DNA of 64,000 nucleotides. Source: Myxococcota bacterium (GTDB lineage: Bacteria > Myxococcota_A > UBA9160 > UBA4427). Position 1 is the stretch's first letter. Each line of letters opens with the position of its first letter. The position numbers and the translations under genes are program-made. The stretch is taken from NCBI GenBank assembly GCA_965250285.1, contig OZ252299.1:512001-576000 (forward strand). The letters run 5' to 3'. Shown piece by piece: positions 1-9,249 of the stretch. Under the pieces are notes generated by a model that was given only the letters and a program-made list of their open reading frames with translations, had not been told where the DNA came from and did no database searches.

Positions 1-582
1 GTGCAGCGCGACGGCTGCGCAGCCCTCCTCCTGGCCGATGCGCCCGGCGTCGAGGTAGGTCGTGACGGCGTCGTCGATGCCGACGCGAAACTTGATCGTC
101 ACCGGCACGTCGCCGGCGTGGGCCACGGCGGCCCGGACGATCGCGGCGAGGAGCTTCGGCTTCGCGGGGATCGCCGCGCCGCCGCCCTTGCGGGTGACCT
201 TGCGCACGGGGCAGCCGAAGTTCATGTCGATGTGATCGACCGACCCCTCGCCGACGAGGCGCTCGACCGCGCGTCCGACGTAGTGCGGGTCGACGCCGTA
301 GAGCTGCAGGCTGCGCGGCCCTTCGTCGGGGCCGAACTCGGCGAGCTTGAGCGTCTTGGCGTTGCCGTCGACCAGCGGGCGAGCCGTGATCATCTCGCTC
401 ACGTAGAGCCCGGCGCCGTAGCGCCGACAGATCGTTCGGAACGGGTAGTTCGTGATGCCGGCCATGGGGGCGAGCACCACGGGCACGGGCAGCTCGATCG
501 GGCCAATGCGCACGGGTGCGAATTCGCCCGGACGGGCGGCCGGGATCTCGCGGTTGTAGTCACTGACGAAGGCGGCTTCCAC
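1..582 (-). CDS. dusB: tRNA-dihydrouridine synthase (DusB-like), 3' end outside window
   Basis: Manual minus-strand translation (not in ORF track): PVVLAPMAGITNYPFR...YVSEMI...QLYG...IDMNFGCPVRKV; probable GTG start at 582 after GAGG. Confidence 0.88.
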   Translation of the reverse strand, partial: MEAAFVSDYNREIPAARPGEFAPVRIGPIELPVPVVLAPMAGITNYPFRTICRRYGAGLYVSEMITARPLVDGNAKTLKLAEFGPDEGPRSLQLYGVDPHYVGRAVERLVGEGSVDHIDMNFGCPVRKVTRKGGGAAIPAKPKLLAAIVRAAVAHAGDVPVTIKFRVGIDDAVTTYLDAGRIGQEEGCAAVALH

Positions 583-703
583 GGGCCCTTGGATACCTCA
601 GATCCCTCGAGGGTGACCACGGGGGGGCGCCGGGCTGCGGTACGATGCCGCTCTGCGCCCGTCGGCCCGCCCCGGTCGTCGCCCGGGCCGGCGAGGAGGG
701 CGC

Positions 704-1381
704 GTGACCGGCATCACTCGAATCTGCGGTGGCTTCGCGGCCGGGCTGGCTCTGGCCCTGGCACCGGCTGCGCCGGCCGCGCCGCCCGTCGTCACCCAGG
801 ACGAGGTCGTCATCGAGGATCAGATCGCCCTCGAGGTGATCGACCGAGACGTCTATGGCTTCGACGCCCAGGGTGGAGGTCGCAACCGCTTTCGGCTCGA
901 CCTGGCCGAGGAGGTCGTCGCCCAGGGGCAGCGCGGCTACCTGGCGTACCTCATGACGAACCAGCGAGTGCTGGCCCTCGCGTCGGGGAAGGGCTCGTGG
1001 CGCGAGCTGCCGCTGCGCATCGGCGAATCGGCCCACGCGCTCGCCTGGATCGCACCCCGGGTGCTCGTGATCGCCACGGCCCAGCGCATTCTCGGCTTCG
1101 ACTCGCGCAGCGCCTTCTGGCTGCAGGTGGACGTCGGTCCGAACGAGACGGTGACCCACGTCGAGCTCGGCGCGAGCACGGCGGTCGTCGTCACCGATCG
1201 ACGGGCCTACGGGCTCTCGCCCGACGCGGGCGGCTTCTTCTCGATTCAGCTCCGGCTGCACGAGAAGATCGAGCAGGTCACGGCGTCGGCCACCCTCGGG
1301 CAGATTCGGACCAGCCAGCGGATCCTGATCTTCCGCAGTCCGAGTGGGGTGTGGAGTGTCGAGGAGCGACCGATCACCTGA
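704..1381 (+). CDS. Secreted hypothetical protein with about five ~40-aa beta-rich repeats
   Basis: Signal-peptide-like N-terminus (GFAAGLALALAPAAPA); recurring R-[VIA]-[LY]-[GA]-[FL]...W/F...E-x-V pattern. Confidence 0.7.
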   Translation: MTGITRICGGFAAGLALALAPAAPAAPPVVTQDEVVIEDQIALEVIDRDVYGFDAQGGGRNRFRLDLAEEVVAQGQRGYLAYLMTNQRVLALASGKGSWRELPLRIGESAHALAWIAPRVLVIATAQRILGFDSRSAFWLQVDVGPNETVTHVELGASTAVVVTDRRAYGLSPDAGGFFSIQLRLHEKIEQVTASATLGQIRTSQRILIFRSPSGVWSVEERPIT

Positions 1382-1556
1382 CGGCCGCGTCGCCCGTCGC
1401 TCGCCCGTCGGGGATGTCGCGCGGCGTCGCCGCGCACCAAAACGCCCGCCCCGGTTGACGAATTCGGCAGATCGCCGACCTTCCGAGGCACCCCCCAGAC
1501 AGCCGGTTCCACCCAGCCACGCACGCCCGGCGCTCGCCGTCGGGCGGGGAGCACCC

Positions 1557-3407
1557 ATGGCCGCCCGAAAGGCAGCAGCGAAGAAATCTTCGGCGAAGAA
1601 GAAGGTCGCCTACGACGAGAAGGCGATCCAGACGCTCGACGCCCTCGAGCACATCCGGCTGCGCACCGGCATGTACATCGGGCGCCTCGGCGACGGCAGT
1701 CATCCCCTCGACGGCATCTACGTGATGCTGAAGGAGGTGGTCGACAACTCGGTCGACGAGTTCATCATGGGCGCCGGCAAGAAGATCGAGATCACGCGCG
1801 AGGACGACCTCGTGCACGTTCGCGACTTCGGTCGCGGCATCCCGCTCGGCAAGGTCGTCGAGTGCGTGTCTCAGATCAACACCGGCGGCAAGTACAACGA
1901 CGACGTGTTCCAGTTCTCGGTGGGGCTGAACGGCGTCGGCACCAAGGCGGTCAACGCGCTCTCGAGCGAATTCGAGGTCACGAGCTACCGCGACGGCAAG
2001 TCGGTCACCGCGAGCTTCGAGCGCGGCAAGCTCAAGAAGGAAAAGAAGGGCAAGCAGGGCTCGGCCGCCGACGGCACGGCGATCAGCTTCCGCCCCGATC
2101 CCGAGATCTTCGGCGAGTTCTCGTTCAGCGAAGACTTCGTGGCGCACCGCCTCAAGTACTACGCCTATCTGAACAGCGGGCTCAAGCTCACCTACAACGG
2201 CAAGTCGTTCCAGAGCAAGGCGGGGCTCGCCGATCTGCTCGTCGAAGAGATCGGTGAAGAGCCGCCGCTGTACGACGTCGTGCACTGCTCGACCGACCAC
2301 CTCGAGTTCGCCTTCACGCACACGAACAGCTACGGCGAGACGTACTACTCGTTCGTGAACGGCCAGTACACCAACGACGGCGGTACACACCAGAGCGCGT
2401 TTCGTGAGGGGTTGCTCAAGGGCGTGAACGAGTACGCCAAGAAGAGCTTCGCGGGCGAAGACGTGCGCGACGGTCTGATCGGGGCCGTCGCGATCAAGCT
2501 GCAAGATCCGGTCTTCGAGAGCCAGACGAAGAACAAGCTCGGCTCGACCGAGGTGCGCTCGTGGATCGTGCCCGCGGTGAAGGATCACGTTCTGCGCTGG
2601 CTGCACCAGAACGAGCCGGTGGCGAAGAAGCTGCTCGAGAAGGTCCAGGCGAACGAGCGCCTGCGCAAAGAGCTCTCGGCGATCAAGAAGGACGCCCGCG
2701 AGCGCGCGAAGAAGGTCGCGATTCGGATCCCCAAGCTCACCGACTGCAAGGTGCACTTCGACGACTCGAAGGGCGATCGGCGCGACGAGAGCACGATCTT
2801 CCTCTCCGAGGGTGACTCGGCGGCGGGCGTGATGGTGCCCTCGCGCGACGTGTACACCCAGGCGATCTACTCGCTCAAGGGCAAGCCGCTCAATACGCAC
2901 GGTCTCAAGCGCGACGCGATCTACAAGAACGAAGAGCTCTACAACATCATGCGCGCCCTCGGCATCGAGGACGGCATCGATGGGCTTCGATACAACAAGG
3001 TCGTCATCGCGACCGATGCCGACGTCGACGGCATGCACATTCGCAATCTGCTGCTGACGTTCTTTCTTCGCTACTTCGAAGAGCTGGTGTTGAAGGGGCA
3101 CGTCTACATCCTCGAGACGCCGCTGTTTCGCGTGCGCGACAAGAAGCAGACCCGCTACTGCTACAGCGAGAAGGAGCGCGACGCAGCCATCGACGAGCTC
3201 GGCAAGGCCGAAGTCACGCGCTTCAAGGGGCTCGGTGAGATCAGCCCGAAAGAGTTCGGTCAGTTCATCGGCATGGGCATGCGGCTCGTGCCCGTCGGCG
3301 TGAAGTCGATTGGCGAGGTCAACAAGACCCTCGACTTCTTCATGGGCAAGAACACACCGGCCCGCAAGGATTTCATCGTCGACAACCTGTTGACCGACGT
3401 GGCCTGA
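1557..3407 (+). CDS. parE: DNA topoisomerase IV subunit B (type IIA topoisomerase B subunit)
   Basis: EHIRLRTGMYIG, EVVDNSVDE, DFGRGIP, GLNGVGTK, EGDSA, TDADVDG, TRFKGLGE; ATG at 1557 after GGGGAG. Confidence 0.9.
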   Translation: MAARKAAAKKSSAKKKVAYDEKAIQTLDALEHIRLRTGMYIGRLGDGSHPLDGIYVMLKEVVDNSVDEFIMGAGKKIEITREDDLVHVRDFGRGIPLGKVVECVSQINTGGKYNDDVFQFSVGLNGVGTKAVNALSSEFEVTSYRDGKSVTASFERGKLKKEKKGKQGSAADGTAISFRPDPEIFGEFSFSEDFVAHRLKYYAYLNSGLKLTYNGKSFQSKAGLADLLVEEIGEEPPLYDVVHCSTDHLEFAFTHTNSYGETYYSFVNGQYTNDGGTHQSAFREGLLKGVNEYAKKSFAGEDVRDGLIGAVAIKLQDPVFESQTKNKLGSTEVRSWIVPAVKDHVLRWLHQNEPVAKKLLEKVQANERLRKELSAIKKDARERAKKVAIRIPKLTDCKVHFDDSKGDRRDESTIFLSEGDSAAGVMVPSRDVYTQAIYSLKGKPLNTHGLKRDAIYKNEELYNIMRALGIEDGIDGLRYNKVVIATDADVDGMHIRNLLLTFFLRYFEELVLKGHVYILETPLFRVRDKKQTRYCYSEKERDAAIDELGKAEVTRFKGLGEISPKEFGQFIGMGMRLVPVGVKSIGEVNKTLDFFMGKNTPARKDFIVDNLLTDVA

Positions 3408-3420
3408 ACCCGGCCCGTCT

Positions 3421-3456
3421 CACGCAGCACACCCCGCAATACCCCACGCAACACCA
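3421..3456 (+). repeat. Three imperfect 12-bp direct repeats between parE and parC
   Basis: cacgcagcacac | cccgcaataccc | cacgcaacacca. Confidence 0.55.
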
Positions 3457-3471
3457 CAGGAAAGATCGCCA

Positions 3472-5565
3472 GTGGCCCAGCTCGAAAGCCTGATGCAGAA
3501 GCACTTCCTCGAGTACTCGAGCTACGTGGTGCTCGATCGGGCGATCCCCGACGTCCGCGACGGGCTGAAGCCGGTTCAGCGGCGCATTCTGCACACGCTC
3601 TTCAAGATGAACGACGGCCGCTTTCACAAGGTGGCCAACGTCATCGGCGAGACGATGAAGCTGCACCCCCACGGCGACGCGTCGATCGGCGACGCGCTGG
3701 TGGTGCTCGCCAATCGTGACTACTTCATCGAGCGTCAGGGCAATTTCGGCAACCTGCTGACGGGTCACCCCGCCGCCGCAGCTCGCTACATCGAGTGTCG
3801 TCTGACGCCGCTCGCCCTCGACACGATGTTCCACGCGCCGCTCACCGAGTTCGTGCCGAGCTATGACGGTCGAACCGAAGAGCCGGTGCACCTGCCGACC
3901 AAGCTGCCCGTGGCGCTCATGCTGGGCACCGAGGGCATCGCCGTCGGCATGGCGACGAAGATCCTGCCCCACAATCTGAGCGAGCTCTGGGAAGCGCAGA
4001 TCGCGATCGTCCAGGGCAAGAAGGTCACGCTCTATCCCGACTTCCCGCAAGGCGGCCTCATGGACGTCGACGCCTACGAGGACGGGGCCGGCAAGGTCGA
4101 GGTGCGGGCGCGCATCGAGACGAAGGACCCGAAACACGTCGTCATCACCGAGCTGCCCTACGGCACGTCGACCGAGAGCCTGATCTCGAGCATCGAGGCG
4201 GCCGTCGGCAAGGGCAGGGTGAAGATCGCCAGCATCAACGACTTCACGACCGACAAGGCCGAGATCGAGCTGACCCTGGCGCGCGGAGCGACGCCGAAGG
4301 AGGTCATCCCCCAGCTCTACGCCTACACCGACTGCAGTGTCTCGGTGTCGTCGAACCTGACCCTGATTCAGGATCGGCGGCCCGAGCAGCTCAGCGTGAC
4401 CGACGTGATCCGGCACCTCACGCAGCTGCTCAAGGCGCAGCTGAAGGCCGAGCTCGAGTACGACCGCGACAACCTGATCGACAAACAGCACTGGCTGACG
4501 CTCGAGCAGATCTTCATCGAGAAGAAGGTCTACCAGAAGATCGAGAAAGCGAAGACAGCCGAAGCGGTGCGCAAGGCCGTCTGGGACGGCATGCAGAAGT
4601 TCAAGCGGCAGTTCATTCGGCCCATGGTCGAAGACGACGTGACCCGTCTGCTCGAGATTCGAATTCGCCGCATCTCGGCCTATGACATCGAGCGCAACCG
4701 CAAGGAGATCGAGGCGATCGTCGCCGAGATCAAGTCGATCGAGCGCAAGCTCAAGAACATGAACAAGACGACGGTCGACTATCTGAAGGGGCTGCTCGAG
4801 AAGTACGGTGAGCAGTTCCCTCGCCGCACCGAGATCACGCGGATCAAGGCCGTCGACAAGAAGGCCGTGGCTCGCCAGAACGTCAAGCTCTCGTGGGATC
4901 CGAAGTCGGGCTTCTTCGGCAGCGAGGTGCGCGGCGATCAGTGCAAGATGACCGTGAGCGAGTTCGATCACGTGCTCGTGATCGGCGACGACGGTGGCTA
5001 CCGCATCATGCAGCAACCCGAGAAGGTGCTCTTCACGGGCAAGGTGATCTACGCCGACGTCTTCAAAGAAGACGAAGGGGTCGAGTTCACCGTCGTCTAC
5101 CGCGACAAGAAGAAGTTCGCCTTCGGCAAGCTGGTTCGCATCGAGCGCTTCATCCGCAATCGCGAGTACTCGCTCGTGAAGGACAAGGCCGGCAAGGTCG
5201 ACCTGCTGCTGCCCGCGGGCGAGACCGGCAAGATCCACATGGGCTTCGTGCCCCAGAAGCGGCAACGGCTGAAGGAAGCCGACTTCGATCTCGCCGAGCT
5301 GCAGCTCTCGAGCAGCCCGACGGCCCGAGGTGTGCGCCTCGCGCCCAAGCCGGTGTCGAGGGTGAAGCTCACCGAGCCGGCGCAGCGCAAGCCGGCGGGG
5401 CGTCAGGGCGGCGCAGCCGCGGACGCTTCGGCGAAGAAGGCGCCGGCGAAGGCGTCGGCGAAGGCCCCGGCGAAGAAGAAGGCCGGGGGTCGCAAGGCGA
5501 CGGCCAAGAAGAAGGCCGCCAAGCAGAAGGGGCGCCGCGAGCCGAAGCAGGGCAAGCTGCTCTAG
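3472..5565 (+). CDS. parC: DNA topoisomerase IV subunit A
   Basis: RAIPDVRDGLKPVQRRIL, HPHGD, AAARYIE (catalytic Tyr), GIAVGMAT, PDFP; follows parE; Lys/Ala-rich tail. Confidence 0.9.
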   Translation: MAQLESLMQKHFLEYSSYVVLDRAIPDVRDGLKPVQRRILHTLFKMNDGRFHKVANVIGETMKLHPHGDASIGDALVVLANRDYFIERQGNFGNLLTGHPAAAARYIECRLTPLALDTMFHAPLTEFVPSYDGRTEEPVHLPTKLPVALMLGTEGIAVGMATKILPHNLSELWEAQIAIVQGKKVTLYPDFPQGGLMDVDAYEDGAGKVEVRARIETKDPKHVVITELPYGTSTESLISSIEAAVGKGRVKIASINDFTTDKAEIELTLARGATPKEVIPQLYAYTDCSVSVSSNLTLIQDRRPEQLSVTDVIRHLTQLLKAQLKAELEYDRDNLIDKQHWLTLEQIFIEKKVYQKIEKAKTAEAVRKAVWDGMQKFKRQFIRPMVEDDVTRLLEIRIRRISAYDIERNRKEIEAIVAEIKSIERKLKNMNKTTVDYLKGLLEKYGEQFPRRTEITRIKAVDKKAVARQNVKLSWDPKSGFFGSEVRGDQCKMTVSEFDHVLVIGDDGGYRIMQQPEKVLFTGKVIYADVFKEDEGVEFTVVYRDKKKFAFGKLVRIERFIRNREYSLVKDKAGKVDLLLPAGETGKIHMGFVPQKRQRLKEADFDLAELQLSSSPTARGVRLAPKPVSRVKLTEPAQRKPAGRQGGAAADASAKKAPAKASAKAPAKKKAGGRKATAKKKAAKQKGRREPKQGKLL

Positions 5566-5638
5566 CGGCGCACGCCTCGCCGCGCTGCGCGCTGACGACG
5601 GGCGCGCCGGCCCGCGCTCGTCCGCCCGCGCGCCGGGC

Positions 5639-6247
5639 TCAATCGAGCGCTGCGACCCGCTGGAAGGCCGGCCGTTCGAAGATGCGGCCGAGATAGGCCT
5701 GCAGGCGCGGAAACCGCTCGTCGAGCACGCCGACGGCCTGGGCCGCCAGGATCGAGAACCCCATCATCACATCGGCCGCTGTGAACGCCGGGCCGACGAG
5801 CCAGTCGTCATCGCCGAGGCCCTCTTCTATGAAGGCGAGGGCCGATGCCGCGCGAGCGCGGGCGTCGGTGAGTAGACCGTCCTCGTCGTCCTCCCCGCCG
5901 CGATATCGCGTCAGCCACACGACGATGCCGACGGGTGGGAAGGCGCTGCTCTCGGCGTAATGGAGCCACTGCAGAAAACGCGGGCGATCGGGTGAGCCGA
6001 AATCGGGCGCGAGTCTTCCCTCGCCGTAGCGCTCGAGGATGTACTCGACGATGGCGCCCGACTCACAGAGGGTCACGTCGCCGTCGACGAGCGTGGGGAA
6101 GCGGCCCGTCGGCGTGGCCTGCGCGAAGAATCGCCGCTTGGGCGGGACGAACTCCCCGCGCTCGAGCTCGTAGGCCAGCTCGAGCTCTTCGAGGAGCCAG
6201 GCGATGCGAACCGAGCGCGTTCGCGGGGCGAAGTAGAGCGTCAGCAT
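5639..6247 (-). CDS. Glutathione S-transferase family protein
   Basis: TRSVRIAWLLEEL, PTL.DG...ESGAIVEY, FTAADVMM. Confidence 0.9.
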   Translation of the reverse strand: MLTLYFAPRTRSVRIAWLLEELELAYELERGEFVPPKRRFFAQATPTGRFPTLVDGDVTLCESGAIVEYILERYGEGRLAPDFGSPDRPRFLQWLHYAESSAFPPVGIVVWLTRYRGGEDDEDGLLTDARARAASALAFIEEGLGDDDWLVGPAFTAADVMMGFSILAAQAVGVLDERFPRLQAYLGRIFERPAFQRVAALD

Positions 6248-6305
6248 GGCGTGCAGTCTAGCGCCGGGGCCGAAGCCGCCGAGCGCCGTCGTTCGCCGCG
6301 AGGCG

Positions 6306-6484
6306 CTACCCGATGCGACCGAGTGCCCGCAGGCCAGGGCCGCTACTCGACGTAACCGAGTGCCCGCAGGCGAGGGCCGCTACTCGACGCGACCGAGAGC
6401 CCGCAGGCGAGGGCCGCTGCTCGATGCAATCGAGTGCCCGCAGACGCGGGCCGCTACTCGATGTAACCGAGTGCCCGCAGGCGA
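6306..6484 (-). repeat. Five tandem imperfect 37-bp repeats; the copy at 6454 is the 3' end of the adjacent CDS
   Basis: Units start at 6306, 6343, 6380, 6417 and 6454; + strand consensus ctactcgatgtaaccgagtgcccgcaggcgagggccg; no spacers. Confidence 0.95.
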
Positions 6485-8796
6485 TCCATGATCTCGTCTT
6501 CGCTGCCCGAGGCGGTGGCTTCGATGCGTTCGATCTCGCCGACGTCGTAGGTGGCAATGCGGTCGGGCTGCGCCGCGAGCGGTGTGAGGAAGGCGCCGAC
6601 CTGACCGTCGAAGTCGTCGGCCAGGGGGAGCCCCCACCACGCGAGCACGGTGGGGGTCACGTCATTGACCGATGTGCCGTTCGTGCTCGAGCCGGGCGCG
6701 ATCCCGGGGCCGCGGGCAAAGAGCACACCGTCGAGCGCCGCGTCGGTCTCGTGGACGCCGGTGAGCGCGGCGAGATCCTGGCCGCCTTCGAAGCCGTGAT
6801 CCGAGAGCACGAGCACGAGGTCGTTCTCGCCGTAGCGCGCCAGCAGCAGGCCGATCAGCGCATCGGTGAACTCGTAGTAGCGCTCGAGCGCCGTGCGCGT
6901 CACTGCGCGTTGGCTGTCGGTGAGCTGCATCAACTCGCCGTACAGCTCGGGCGGCTCGAGTGCGCCCCAGAGACGATGCGAAACCCGGTCGATCCCGGGC
7001 AGGAAGACCATGAGCAGATCGGGGGCCTCGGCGCGGTCGAGGTCGAGGGCGATGCGCGCGACGGTTTCGTCGTCGCGGAAACGCCTCGTGAGCCGTTCGC
7101 GCTGCATGAAGGGCGGAATGCCGACGACGCCGAGAAAGGGGTCGTCGATCGAGGTCAGTGGCGTGCGGTCGGCGAGCTGCGAAGCCACGCGCTCGGCCCA
7201 CTCGCGTGGATACGTCGTCGTCTCGGGCGCAACCTGAAGCTTCGGCTTCGCGCGCGTGCGTCCGCCCTCGCTCCCGGTCTGCGGGTCGGCCGCGCCGTCG
7301 GGGTCGTCGAGCCGGGTCGGGATCGCGTGATCCGAGATCATCACGCCATTCACGACCTCAGGCGGCCACGAAGTCCACCAGTTGACGACACCGACGCTGA
7401 GACCTGCGTCAGAGAAGATGTTCCAGAGCGCATGGGCCTGCCGATGGAGGCTCAGGTAGAGCTGCTGGTTGCCTTCGCCGTCGACATAGGTGAAGCCGCG
7501 AATGCCGTGGTGCTCGGGTGTCTTGCCCGTCGCGATCGAGGCCCAGATTCGCGGCGAGTGGATCGGCTTGTGCGACCGCAGTGTGCCCGAGGCGCCCTCT
7601 GCGGCGAGGCTCGCGAGCGCGGGCAGGCGCCCGCGCTCGAAGAGCGGCTCGATCACGCGCAAGGTCGCGCCGTCGATCCCCACCACGAGGACGCGTCGAC
7701 GCTCGGGGTCGACTGCCGCGGCCTCGGGCAGTGGAGGGACGGCGTAGGGATCCGCGGCGAGGAGCGCAGCGCCGCCGGTCTGCGATCGAAGCTGCTCGAC
7801 CGAGAAGCCCGCGCCCTCGAGCCGGGCCAGGAGCCCTGTCTCGCCGACGACCAGTCGAGCCGGAATGACCCAGAAGGCGTCGCCGGGCCGTTCGTTGGCT
7901 CCGAGGCTGTCGGCGAGCGCGTCGGCGACACGGGCCGCTTCTCGCTCGACGTTGGCCGCGTGAACGCGCCGCGCCGCCGGTGAGTCGGGCAACGACCGGT
8001 TCAGCACCCGGTCGAGATCGGCTGCGTCGCCCAGTCGCCACGCCGTCTCGAGCCGCGGGAGCATCTCGTCCGAGCGGGGCGCACGATCGAGCGCTACGCG
8101 CAGCATGTCGACCTGCACGTCACGGTCGAGCTCGACGTATCGGTCGTAGCGCTCGGCGGTGGTTTCGAGCGGCCGCACCTCCATTGCGGGTTGCTCGAGG
8201 GCGGCACGCCGGGCGAAATAGGCTTCGACCTCTTCGGAATCTACGAAACCGAGACGCTTGGTATCGGCGCCTCGCACGGCAAGCGCCGCGAACCACGGGG
8301 CCGTCACATCGCCGGTGCCCGGTGGATAGCCGGCACGCGCGAGCGCGGCCGTGAACTCGGCGTGCAGGTCGGCCGGCAGCCAGTTTCGCAGCGTGTCGCC
8401 TTCTTCGAGCCGAGCTCGGGTCAGGATGACGCCCGTCTGCGGGGCGAGCCCGGCGTCATCAGGCACGACGAGCCGGGCCGACGCCTCGAAGGCAGCGTCG
8501 ATCGCCGGATCGAAGCGCAGCCGGTTCGTGTCGCGCAGGGCGACGGTCGCCAGCACGTAGGCGCTCGCTTCGTTCGACTCATTCGGTCGGGAGACGCGCC
8601 AGATCGGCAAGCCCTCGCTCGTCGCCTCGCGCGATTCGGGCGGCGTCGCAGCCGGGGGAGCAGCGCCGTCGTGGCAACCCCACACCGCGGCGATGCACGC
8701 GATCGCGATGACGCGCGCGAGCGTCTTGCGGCCGAGTGCGGAGCTCGCCTCGATTGCTTCGTTCTTCGTCTCGACGCACGTCTTCTGCGAGCGCAT
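6454..8796 (-). CDS. Probable lipoprotein: TraB/GumN-like domain fused to an alkaline phosphatase/nucleotide pyrophosphatase-superfamily domain
   Basis: Lipobox-like AVWGC; TraB-like IWRV...YVLAT, PWF, LET; AP/NPP motifs VGIDG, SPRIWASIATG, IDRVSH, SDHGF; terminal LRALGY. Confidence 0.8.
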   Translation of the reverse strand: MRSQKTCVETKNEAIEASSALGRKTLARVIAIACIAAVWGCHDGAAPPAATPPESREATSEGLPIWRVSRPNESNEASAYVLATVALRDTNRLRFDPAIDAAFEASARLVVPDDAGLAPQTGVILTRARLEEGDTLRNWLPADLHAEFTAALARAGYPPGTGDVTAPWFAALAVRGADTKRLGFVDSEEVEAYFARRAALEQPAMEVRPLETTAERYDRYVELDRDVQVDMLRVALDRAPRSDEMLPRLETAWRLGDAADLDRVLNRSLPDSPAARRVHAANVEREAARVADALADSLGANERPGDAFWVIPARLVVGETGLLARLEGAGFSVEQLRSQTGGAALLAADPYAVPPLPEAAAVDPERRRVLVVGIDGATLRVIEPLFERGRLPALASLAAEGASGTLRSHKPIHSPRIWASIATGKTPEHHGIRGFTYVDGEGNQQLYLSLHRQAHALWNIFSDAGLSVGVVNWWTSWPPEVVNGVMISDHAIPTRLDDPDGAADPQTGSEGGRTRAKPKLQVAPETTTYPREWAERVASQLADRTPLTSIDDPFLGVVGIPPFMQRERLTRRFRDDETVARIALDLDRAEAPDLLMVFLPGIDRVSHRLWGALEPPELYGELMQLTDSQRAVTRTALERYYEFTDALIGLLLARYGENDLVLVLSDHGFEGGQDLAALTGVHETDAALDGVLFARGPGIAPGSSTNGTSVNDVTPTVLAWWGLPLADDFDGQVGAFLTPLAAQPDRIATYDVGEIERIEATASGSEDEIMDRLRALGYIE

Positions 8797-9249
8797 CTCC
8801 CGATTCTAGAAGGCCGACCCGGAGCGTGCCGCCACACCCGCAACCGAGCGGCCCATCCCCCTGTCACGGTTCGCCGCGGCGCGTGCGCGAAGCGTCATCG
8901 AGGAAGCTCGATGGATGCGTCCCGACGCATCCGCGGAGAGATCCGAACGAATTCAAGACGATGCCCCGACCGCGCGAGTCGAATGCGCACCGCGCGCCGC
9001 TTGGAAGCTCGGAGGTGAACGCCGTCTCATGGTTCATGCATGCGTCGCTGGCCGCTCCGCGTCCCGACGTCTTCGTCTGGGCGAAGCGCGCGTGCGCTCG
9101 GTCTCTACCGTGCCGAGATCTTTCGGTCGAAAACGTCATGCCACGCTCACGTCAGCTTGGAGGCGCCCGCTTACTGTGCGGCCCGCTCGAGCCCGGTCGC
9201 CGTCGTGTGACGCGGCTCGCGGCCCAGGGGTGGGAGGCCAGGCAAGACC

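Noticed and set aside
6306..6484. CRISPR array (37-bp repeats)
   Set aside because: Units are contiguous without unique spacers, one copy is coding sequence, and no cas genes are in the window
6306..6484. Diversity-generating retroelement TR/VR pair
   Set aside because: No reverse transcriptase in the window, substitutions also occur at T, G and C, and the unit is very short
8861..8867. Pho box near the PhoX-like operon
   Set aside because: A single CTGTCAC half-site with no second repeat at 11-bp spacing
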